Part shown: positions 53,301-64,000 of the stretch, piece after piece | Position numbering within the stretch: position 1 is the stretch's first letter | Layout: every line of letters starts with the position of its first letter | Source of the DNA: Adineta vaga | Taxonomy: Eukaryota > Animalia > Rotifera | NCBI GenBank assembly: GCA_021613535.1 | Contig: CP075497.1 | Span: 10,168,001-10,232,000, forward strand | DNA: 64,000 nt | Reading direction: 5' to 3' | Notes under the pieces: generated by a model | The model's input: only the letters and a program-made list of their open reading frames with translations | What the model was told of the DNA's origin: nothing | Database searches by the model: none | Translations under genes and position numbers: made by a program

Positions 53301-56300
53301 ATACCAATTTCAAATTTTATATGACTACGAAATTAAGCAATCCACATTATTTACCAGAAATTTGTATTAAAGTAACAATCATCAATTTTAGTGTAACGAA
53401 ACAAGGTTTAGAAGATCAAATTCTAAGGTATGATCGAAATGATAAGATTCATCTGAGAATATTTATTATTTTAGTGATGTTGTTCGACTTGAACGACCTG
53501 ATCTTGATGAAGAAATGAATCGTCTTATTATCACCATGAATAATGATCGAAATCAATTGAAAGCAATTGAAGATAAAATCTTGAAAATGTTATTTGAAAG
53601 TGAAGGAAATATTCTCGATAATGAAGAATTAGTTAATTCATTGAATGATTCAAAAGTATAAAACATATAAATCTGATCGATCTTTTCTAAGTCTATCTGA
53701 TGTTTTCTAGGTAACATCATCAGCTATTAAACGACGTCTTGAAGAAACATTAAAAACTGAAGCAAATATATCTGCTGCGCGTGAAAAATATCGTCGAGCT
53801 GCAACACGTGGTTCATTATTATATTTCGTCGTTGCTGATTTAGGTTTAATCGATCCTATGTATCAATTTTCTCTTCGTTATTTTACACAATTATTCAATA
53901 CAACTATTGAAAATAGTACTAAGAGTGAAGATCTTACTCAACGTTTACAAACTATTCTTGAGAGTACAACAGAAAATATCTATACAAATGTTTCTCGGTA
54001 AGAAAATCTGATTGGAATGTTTTCTATTTTATTCTTTATTTTCGTTTTAGTGGTTTATTCGAGAAAGATAAGTTGGTCTTTAGTTTCCTTCTCTGTGCAG
54101 AAATATTAAAATTAGAAGGTGTTATCAATGAAGTCGAATGGAACTTTTTACTTCGTGGTGGTTTAATAACTGAACAAGTAAAATCAAGTTCTTTTTCTTC
54201 ATTAACAAATTTCTTTCATCCTATTCTTTTCCATTACATAGAAACGACCACCAAAACCAAATCATGATTGGTTAATAATCGAACATTGGAATCAAGCATT
54301 AGCATTAGCTGATATTTCTGAAACATTTAAACATTTACCACGAGATATCGAAGAATATCAACAACCAATTTATGCTGACATCAATGCCGATTTACGTATT
54401 GTAATTAATAGTCAAGATATGACGACGAAAGTTCCTAGTGAATGGAATACAAAATTGTCTGATTTTCAAAAATTATTATTCGTCAAAGCATTTGCACCTT
54501 ATTCACTTGTACAGTCTATAACGTATTTTGTTGCACAACAATTAGGCAAAAAATTTGTTGAAAGTCCATCAGTTGAATTACCTATACTCTATCAAGACAT
54601 GTCAAATCGTACACCATTAGTATTTATTTTAAGTACGGGTTCAGATCCAATGTCAAGTTTTACACGATTTGCTGCAGAAATGAATATGACAAATAGGTTT
54701 GTTTATTTATATAACGTGAAGAGAAAAGAAAATCGTTCAATGAATTGTATTGCTTTTTAGTTATAAAGCCATTTCACTTGGTCAAGGTCAAGGTCCTGTT
54801 GCTGAAGACATGATTACAAAATCTGTTGCTGCTGGTGAATGGGTTTTCTTACAAAATTGTCATTTAGCTGCCAGTTGGATGATAAACATGGAATCAATCA
54901 TTAAAAATATCAATGAAGGTATTACTCCATGCCATACAAATTTCCGTCTATATCTCAGTTCGATGCCTGCAACAACCTTTCCTGTTAGTGTACTACAAAA
55001 TAGTGTTAAAGTTACAAGTGAACCACCAAAAGGTATTCGTGCCAATATGAAACGTGCGTTTATTGATCTTACACCGACCTTTTTTGAAACACATCGTAAG
55101 ACTTTTATTTTGTCTGGTTGATTTTCATTGATTTTAAATGAACTTATTTAGGTCTGGAAATGGATTGGAAAAAAATTGTTTTTGGTATTTGCTTCTTTCA
55201 TGCTAGTTTGCTCGAAAGAAAGAAATTTGGTCCATTAGGTTTTAATATTCGTTATGAATTTAATGATGTAAGTAATTTAACTAAATACATTCGATCAGAA
55301 GAATAACAAAGAAAATTTATTATTTATCTTCTAGAGTGATCGTGATTGTGCTCTATTAAATTTCGATATGTTCTGTAAGGATGGAGCTATTCCATGGGAT
55401 GCATTAATTTATATTACTGGTAAGATTTGTTTTTGTTTAAATATATGTAATCGATTTTTATTAAAGGCGAAATTACCTATGGTGGTCGTGTAACTGATTT
55501 CTGGGATCAACGTTGTTTACGTACAATTCTACGACGATTCTTTTCACCATCAACTTTAGAATCTGGTTATAAATATTCTCCATCAGGCATCTACTATTGT
55601 CCCGAAGAACAATTTCTTCAACAATATCGCGATTACATTGAAGAATTACCAATTACGGATAATCCAGAAATCTTTGGCATGAATTCTAATGCCAATATTA
55701 CATTTCAAGTAAAGAACAAGATTTCATTATATTGAACAGTTGATTGATTGTGGGTTTTTTTTAAATTTTAGACTCAAGAATCTAATTATCTTGTGAATAC
55801 AATTATTGATATTCAACCACGTGTATCATCAGGTGGTGCTGGCAAATCGAATGATGAAATTGTTTATGAATTAGCTGAAACAATTTTAGCTAAATTACCT
55901 GAAAAATTAGATATTGAAAAAGCTCCACGTTCATTATTTGAACCTGATTCAAAAGATCGATTGAATTCTCTAACAACTGTTCTTCAACAAGAAGTCGATC
56001 GATATAATCGTCTTTTGAATATTATTAAATTATCACTTGCAAATCAAATGAAAGCAATCAAAGGTCTCGTTGTTATGGACGAAACTTTAGAAAAAAGTAA
56101 GAGAAATCTTTTCTTGTTGTCTGTTTTCTATAGAAAAAAAAATGATCCTATTTAGTGTATACGGCATTTTTGAATAATCAAGTACCTTCAATTTGGACAG
56201 ATGCAGCATATCCATCATTGAAATCTCTAGCATCATGGATTAAAGATCTTTTATTACGTTGTGATTTTACTTCTGTAAGAATTTCTCTTTAAAACATTTT

Positions 56301-56950
56301 GTCAAGATAATCATTTTGATTTTTGAAAAAAATTTAGCTTTGGATTCTTCATGGTTTACCGAAATCATTTTGGTTACCAGGTTTATTCTTTCCTCAAGGT
56401 TTTCTTACAGGTGTTCTACAAGTTCATGCTCGTAAATATGATTTACCCATTGATGAACTCAGCTTTCATTTCACTATCCTACCATTCGAACGTGATCAAG
56501 TTACGTACAATGAACAAGCTAAACGTATGGAATATGGAAAGAAACTTGAAGTCGATGAACAAGTAAGTTTCTCATTCAAACGATCAGTTTTTTCATTTCT
56601 TTTCCTACTATTTTGTTTTTTAGTTACCACAAATAAAAGATGGTGTTATTCTTCACGGTCTCTATATGGAAGCATTCCGTTGGGATTCCGAACGAAAACA
56701 GATATCTGATGCCATTCGTGGAGAAATGATAGCCTCATTACCTATGTTACATATGGAGCCTCGACAGAATTACGTTGTTGATCCAACAAATTATATCTCT
56801 CCATTATATAAGACTGCTGCAAGAGCTGGTGTTCTATCTACGACAGGTCATTCAACAAATTTCGTCGTCACAGTAAATTTACCAACTGATAAACCACAAG
56901 ATTATTGGATATCCATGGGTAGTGCATTACTTTGCCAAATGAGTGACTGA
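41389..56950 (+). CDS. DNAH6: Axonemal inner-arm dynein heavy chain, DNAH6-like, full length (one in-frame stop and one apparent frameshift in this sequence)
   Basis: P-loops [24 protein letters not shown] and GVGGTGKQS; [16 protein letters not shown]; stalk coiled coil. C-terminus [21 protein letters not shown]...[10 protein letters not shown] and the AAA2 segment match recalled DNAH6. Confidence 0.9.
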
Positions 56951-57255
56951 TAAACATAGAAATTCGTTTCTCTTCTTTCGTGTTAAGATCGAGTGATTAC
57001 TTGATGTATTTTGTTTTTGTTTTTGTATACACACAAGTAACATCATATAGTGATCACTGATAAATATATTTTTTATTCTCTTCATTGAAAAAAATAAAAC
57101 TAATAATCAAAATCAAGTAACTCAATTTCAATGATAAGATTTGTTTTGTTATTCGATCCGTTTCCCAATATATTGATAAAACAAAAAAGAAGAAAGAAAG
57201 ATGTACGATTGATGAAAAAATAAACATTCGATTGAAATAATACTTAGTGATAACT

Positions 57256-59097
57256 ATGCAGATCGAAGTAAGGACATCGATTTTTGTTTAAATATTGATT
57301 TGCCTTTTTTTCAATAGGAAAGTGAACCATTATCTTCTGATGAAGAAAATACATTAAAAAGCATCACTCTTGAACATGTTATACATGAATGTGGATCATT
57401 TCATCGTTATCAATATATTCATTTTTTCTTTTTAAGTCTTTTTCCAATAGCATCAGGAATCGTGAATTTCTATTATGTTTTCGGTGCAGCAGAAAACATT
57501 TATGAATGTCAAATCCCGAATGAAATGAAGAGAAATTTTCATGTTGATATATTACCATCACAATGTTCGTATATCATCAAAAATGATCAGAATATAACAA
57601 TCAGAATGAATTCATGTACGAAATGGAAATATGATCGAAGTGTATTCGGAGAAACATTTACTAGTGAAGCAGATTTCATCTGTGAACGTAGTATTCATCG
57701 TTCATTTTTAGCTACGATGTTACAAATGGGTGCTATGATGATTTTTTTTACTGGTCAAATAATAGATATGATTGGACGTCGTCGTTCATTTCATTTATTA
57801 GTTGGTATGTTATTAATAACATCTATAATTACTCAATCGCTATTACAATTTGTACCGATGTCAACTAATCAGAAGTAAGAATTTTTGTTGAATAGAACGA
57901 ATGGAATATTCGTATAAGAGTTTGTCTATCCTACGTAGTAAGAAACTCGAAGAGATGAACGAATGTTGATTTTCACCTACAAATTTTCCTAAAAATATAC
58001 GTTTGTTTGCTTTTACTAGATTTGCTTTGCTTCTTATCAATCAATTTGTATCTGGAATTGATACATTTATGGTTTCGTTTCTTCTTTTGATGGAAATTAC
58101 TACATCAGCTTATGCTACATTCGTAGGAAACTTAGCACTTGTGGCTTTTGCAATCGGTGAAATTGTCATCACTGGTATGGCTTATATTTGTCGGCATTGG
58201 CTTCTATTAAAATGGGTTATAACATTATATGTACTTGCACTCATTCCTTATCTAATTTATGTACCTGAATCACCTCATTGGTTACTAACAAAGCATCGTT
58301 ATGATGAATTAGAAAAAACTTTACGTCAAATAGCACAATGTAATCAACGACCAGAATCGAGATGGTTACCATTTTATCGATATGTAATTAAAAATCATCA
58401 AGAACAAAAAGATGTAAATCGAAAAAATAAGATAACATTATCATTTTTCGCTAGATTATATCGATTTTTAACACATGTACCAACAATGAGTAGATTAATT
58501 ATAACGGGTTATATTGGTTTTGTAACATTACTTCTCTATTATAAAATTTCTTATAATCTCGGAGCAATGGAAGAAATTGATCCTTATTTGAATATCATTA
58601 TTGGTGCTGTCGTTGAAGTTCTTGGTTATATTGCACCAAGTCTTTGCATGATACGATATGGACGAAAACCTGCATTCATACTATTTCTTATACCCACTGC
58701 TCTCTATCTATTAATAACACCATTAACAATCCATCAACATCGTTATGTTATTGTTCTTATTGCTCAATTAGGAAAATTTGCAATTAGTGCAGTAACTTGT
58801 GTTGTATATATATTTGTCCCCGAATTATTTCCTACCTCGATTCGTGGTACAGGTATGGGATTTTTTATTTTACTCAGTCGTATTGGCTCAACAATAGCAC
58901 CTATGATTGATGCAAAGATTCGTCACAATCATCTATTAGTTACTTATATGTATTATATATATGCTATCTTAACTTTTATTTGTATTTTACTTACATTATT
59001 ATTACCCGAAACGCGAAATGTTCCATTAGCTGATAAAATAGATTATACTCGGAAGAAAACTCAAAAGACATCATTCAATACACAATCAATATCGTAG
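57256..59097 (+). CDS. SLC22-like organic cation/anion transporter (MFS)
   Basis: Exons 57256-57267, 57318-57874 and 58020-59097; motifs CGSFHRYQ, DMIGRR, VPESPHWL, ELFPTSIRGTGMG and LLLPETRN. Confidence 0.92.
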
Positions 59098-60415
59098 CCA
59101 TATAGACTATAATGATTATGGAATAATTAATAAGATATATTCAAGAAAACAAAGAGAAAAAAGGCACCTTCTATTTCTTCGTCTATATTGTTCTTTCTAT
59201 AAATATACGAAAGAATGAGCAAATAGTTTTAACTTATTATTTTGTCTCTCTAACACACAATTAGCAAAGCATTCCGTTTCCGTTTGGTTCAGAAGATAAA
59301 CATAGTTGTGCGTGATAGAAGAAAACGCGAACTATCGAAGTAAAACAGTGGCCGACGATATCGGTTTAACTTTTTATCTAACATGCAATCTGTTTTCTTG
59401 ATAAATGGTGTGACAAAGAAAATCGAGTTGTAGTTCAATAGTCGTTCCAGACAATAAGTTCTATCTTCATTTTTGACAGCATCATCAATGAACATGAGGA
59501 AAATATGAGATGATCATTTGTTTGCTTAATTGTCAATGCTGATTTTCTCTATCTCTGTCTCTTTGTTGGCATCTTTATATTCTTCGTATTGAGTTAATAA
59601 TCATACATGGAAATTATCCAGAAGACCGACATAGAAGAAAAAAACGGAACACTTCGTGTCATTTCTGTTCATTTGCATTTGACACGGCACTTCCTATGAT
59701 TTCTTTTATCAGTAAAGAGAAAACACAAAGGATTAGAAAAATCAGTCTGATTCTTGATGAATTCAGTTCTGTTTCATCATGTACATCAGCATTCAACTTC
59801 TCACAATATATTTTTCTTTTTAGTTTCGATTATCAAAATTTATTACATCAATCGTTCTTCTTTTTACGATTATTTCAAATACTAGTGATTATCACATTGA
59901 TATCAATAAAATTTGGTAAGTGTCATAATCATAAAGTCAAACTCTCAGATATATATATATCAATCAATAGATGTCACTAAAATCATCGATTAGAGAATAA
60001 ATATTTTCTAAATAATTGTTCTTTATTAAGTTATTTAAATTTTGAAAATTGATATATTTTGCTCAAATATCAAATGAATGAATGAATCAGTTCAACCAAT
60101 CAGAAATTCCTTAGAAATGAGTAATGCTTTTTTTTCGTTCGTTCTTTATTGTTCTTTCGTTTATTCGAGATTTTTGAGTTTTGCTGTTTTACTACTCACG
60201 AGACCTTACACAATAGAGTTCATAATAAACAAGGGTGATTAGTCAACCAGATTAATTTTCTTTCATATGAGTTTTCTTTACATTTGTCAAATTAAAAAAA
60301 AAACGTTATTTATCGTCTCTAAAAGACGACCGGAAACAAAATGACGTTCAAAGTAAGAACTCTTTGAATTGAAATAAATTGTGCATATTTTTATTATTAT
60401 TTTTGAATAGATGTT

Positions 60416-63400
60416 ATGAACGAAAAGAAACGTCTTTTGGTCAAGTTTAACATGAACAAAGAATACAATACTGTACGGACAACGTCCAGTAAGTGATGTT
60501 GATTTTGTTTATTTATATGAAAGAATAATTGAAATTGGACATGATTAGTCGAAAACAATAGAGACAGTCATTCTATCGTTCTACTTTTTTTTCTTCTTAG
60601 GTTCCGAAGAAGCAGGTAAAGAGAAAATGCTCGTAGAAAAATGCAGTTAAATCCTTGTTTTCTTTTATTCAATAATCTAATTAACAAATACGCATGCAAA
60701 CTTCATGTTAGCACGGGAAAGAAAAGCCTTATTGCTCAATATTTTTAGATAAATTTTTCTCTTGCCTATAATCATGTTCGTTACAGATGAACAATCATTC
60801 CTTCCTGTTAATCCATTCGCTGAACCTGCAACAACAATGACCTCTGGGAATATAACTCATCATGTGACTGATGATGATATGATTGATATAGATTTTCAAA
60901 ATTCAAATAACGGTCGATTAAATAGTAAGTTTATTTTCAAAAACAAAAATTCAATTCAAAGTTGGAATATCAATATTTAGATGGTGTTATGAATGTCGAT
61001 TTAGTTAATACACATTATGATGATTTTCAAACGATCGATTGGCTGAAAGATTTAATGCGTGATCGTTTTCGTCATCGGTTATTACGTTCTAAAACACATC
61101 AATCTTTGTTAAATAAAATTTTAATGTATCATGATGCTTGGTCTGGTTGGTTATGTGTATTACTTGTTGGATTAAGTGCTGGTGTTATTGCTGCAGTTAT
61201 TGATATTGGAACAAATTGGATATCTCATTTAAAACATGGAATATGTCTCAATGCATTTTGGCTCAATAGAGAACAATGTTGTATGTATTGATATTGAGAT
61301 ATTTTGTATTAAAAGATTAAAGGTTATGATGACAGTAGAAAGCTTCATATATACGACCTTGTACTATTTTGTTATTGATATTTGTTTTCATGATTATTGT
61401 AACTTCTATATTCTTGTTAATATTTTCGGTATTTCTAACTATCAATTGTTTTGCTATATGCTACCGTCATAGAGATAGTTAAGTTGTAAAACAACTAACA
61501 AGAAAAAAAAAGTTGAAAAAACTCAGATATTATAATTTTTTTCTTATTTATTAACTAGGTTGGGCTTCTCGAAATTTGCAGTACACTAATGTAAATACAG
61601 AAGAATGTACTGAGGTAAAACTAAATAATACCATTGTTTTTCATTTAATATTCACTTTCTTTCATTTCTAGTGGTTTACTTGGCCACAAGTATTTGGTAC
61701 ATATAAAGCAGGATTTGGTCAATATCTCTTATCATATATTATGTATATATTTTGGTCGACAACATTTGCAACATTCGCTGTTCTGTTAGTAAAAGTATTT
61801 GCTCCCTATGCATGTGGTAGTGGTATTCCAGAAGTAAATTGCAATTTGGATTTTTCACCTTTTTGTTTTCATGTATTCATTTTTGTTCAAATAGATCAAG
61901 ACAATCTTAGGTGGTTTTATTATTCGAGGATATTTGGGTAAATGGACGTTATTAATCAAAAGTATTGGCATGGTTAGTCATCTTTTTTTCTATCTGTATG
62001 AAACAAAAGTTTAGTTTATGCATTAAATTTATTGATATAGATGTGTGCAACAAGTGCCGGTCTTATATTGGGTAAAGAAGGGCCATTTGTTCATATTGCT
62101 TGTTGTTGCGGCAATATATTTTCATATCTATTTCCGAAATATGGTCGAAATGAAGCGAAAAAACGAGAAATTCTATCAGCAGCTGCAGCGGCTGGTGTTT
62201 CCGTTGCATTTGGTGCGCCTATTGGTAAGAGAGATCTTCTTTTTTTGTTATGAAATAGTCACATCTCGTTCTTTTCCTTAATTTTATTCATTCAGGTGGT
62301 GTTCTATTCAGTTTAGAAGAAGTTTCCTATTATTTCCCATATAAGACATTATGGCGTTCATTCTTTTGTGCTATGGTTGGCGCACTTGTTGTTCGATCAA
62401 TTAATCCATACGGAAATGGACATGATATTCAATTTAGTATCGATTATTCTGTACCATGGGCATCGTTTGAATTGCTTCCGTTTATTCTATTAGGCATTCT
62501 AGGGGTAAAATAACATGAAATACAAGAAGGATTTTCTTTATTTTATTCTATATATAGGGTTTATGGGGAGCTTTCTTCATCAAAACAAATATTTGGTGGT
62601 GTCGTTTTCGAAAGACTTCTCGACTGGGACAACATACAATACTTGAAGTAAGTTATAAGGAATTTCTTATGAAAAACAGATGTTTCATCGGAAATTCATT
62701 ATTCTGTTACATGTAAGAACATTTTGTTTTATACAAAACAGGTCTTTTGTCAGAGATAATTATATTCCTATCGATTAACTTCAATCGAGAAAAAAAATAC
62801 TATCGGAAATTGAATTTTTTTTGTTTATATTTACTAGGTTGTTGGTTTGGCTTTAATTACTGCATTTATTATTTATCCAAATCCTTACACACGTATGTCG
62901 ATGTCAGAATTAATCAAACGATTAGTTAGTCAGTGTCGTGTAGAAGACATGATTGATCTTTGGTATGAAGAAAAACAAACTAATGAACATTTGATTTTCA
63001 TTTGAAGGATATTTTTCTCTTGTAGTGATTATCCAAGTTCTCAATTTATTAATGGTAAATCAAAAGGATCTGTTGGATTAGCTGGTCCTGGAGTTCATCG
63101 TGCTATATGGCAATTATTTTTTGCTCTTATTGTTCAAGTAGCACTTGTAACATTTACGATTGGTGTTAAAGTTCCATCTGGTTTAATTATTCCATCGATG
63201 TCGATTGGAGCTATCACAGGCCGTATTATTGGTATTATAACTGAACAATTAGCAATACAAAATCCAACATTTGCTCTTTTCAGTCATGATTGTAGTAAAG
63301 GTAAATAAACTGACTTATATCTAAATTGAAAAATGAAATCTTATGAATTTTTGTAGAGGAAAATTGTGTTACACCTGCCTTATATGCCATTGTTGGTGCC

Positions 63401-64000
63401 TGTGCCTTCCTTGGTGGTGTTAGTAAAATGACGATATCATTGGTTGTTATTATGTTTGAGTTAACTGGTGGTTTAACTTACATTGTTCCATTGATGGCAG
63501 CAGCAATGACAGCGAAATGGATTGGTGATGGTTTTGTACGTGGAGGAATCTATGATGCACATATCGAATTGAATGGATATCCATTTTTGGATAATAAAGA
63601 GGAATTTAATTTTACAACAACAGCATCTGACGTGATGCGTCCACGGTATATTTGATTGAATGAAAAATTCATCTTTTCAAAATGAAATTTGTCTTTTTTG
63701 CAGACCAGAACAACATTCATCATTGGCTTTTTTAACACAAAATGGAATGACTTTTCCCGATGTCGACAATTTACTAAAAGAAACAACACATACATCTTAT
63801 CCAGTTGTAGTTTCACGTGAACAACCATATGTTGTTGGACAAGTACAAAGGCGTGATCTACAATTTATTCTCAGTATGTATTCATTTGCTATTTCTAATT
63901 AATGTCGAGTTTTTGATGATACTAAGAATTAGATATCGATAAAGCGATGTTGAAATGATATCAATGTAGAAATGTTTCATTTTCAATTTAGAATCACAAA
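60416..64000 (+). CDS. Endosomal H+/Cl- exchanger of the CLC-3/4/5 clade (3' end beyond the window)
   Basis: [28 protein letters not shown] (gating Glu), [14 protein letters not shown] (proton Glu), [25 protein letters not shown], then the first CBS domain. Confidence 0.95.

Noticed and set aside
61285-61558. C/D-box snoRNA in a long CLC intron (ATGATGA near 61325)
   Set aside because: No suitably placed CTGA D box or terminal stem was found.
1-64000. Many short antisense or overlapping ORFs in the track, and any tRNA, rRNA, CRISPR or prokaryotic operon
   Set aside because: The short ORFs are shadows of spliced exons or AT-rich noise. No structural RNA or CRISPR signature was recognised, and the DNA is clearly eukaryotic with introns.

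Overview
AT-rich animal genomic DNA, densely packed with genes that carry very short (~50-65 nt) GT-AG introns. These traits, plus an intron-containing gene of a bacterial family, suggest a bdelloid rotifer (inference). Genes in order: 5' part of a DNAH10-like inner-arm dynein (-); an intronless, probably GPI-anchored protein with four Ly6/uPAR-like domains (+); an MGCxxS-acylated orphan (+); a small single-pass membrane orphan (-); sialate O-acetylesterase (-); a CEP63/DEUP1-like coiled-coil gene (+); two tandem muscle-LIM (Mlp60A/CSRP-like) genes (+); two divergent orphans; a full ABCA transporter (-); a DUF885-family gene with ~10 introns (+, likely horizontally acquired); an intronless 140-aa orphan (+); a complete DNAH6-like dynein (+); an SLC22-like transporter (+); and a CLC-3/4/5 exchanger (+, truncated by the window end). 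Non-coding elements are a degenerate GGAT/GGAAT satellite, a TTAA-flanked piggyBac-type MITE and a near-perfect 130-bp inverted-repeat element. The best leads are the intronised DUF885 gene, an apparent 2-nt intron slide between the LIM paralogues, a loose cilia/centriole gene grouping, and the four-domain LU protein. Three reading-frame lesions in the dyneins may be assembly errors. I found no CRISPR array, tRNA or rRNA and cannot establish a wholly new system from the sequence alone. Family assignments come from recalled motifs, not database searches.
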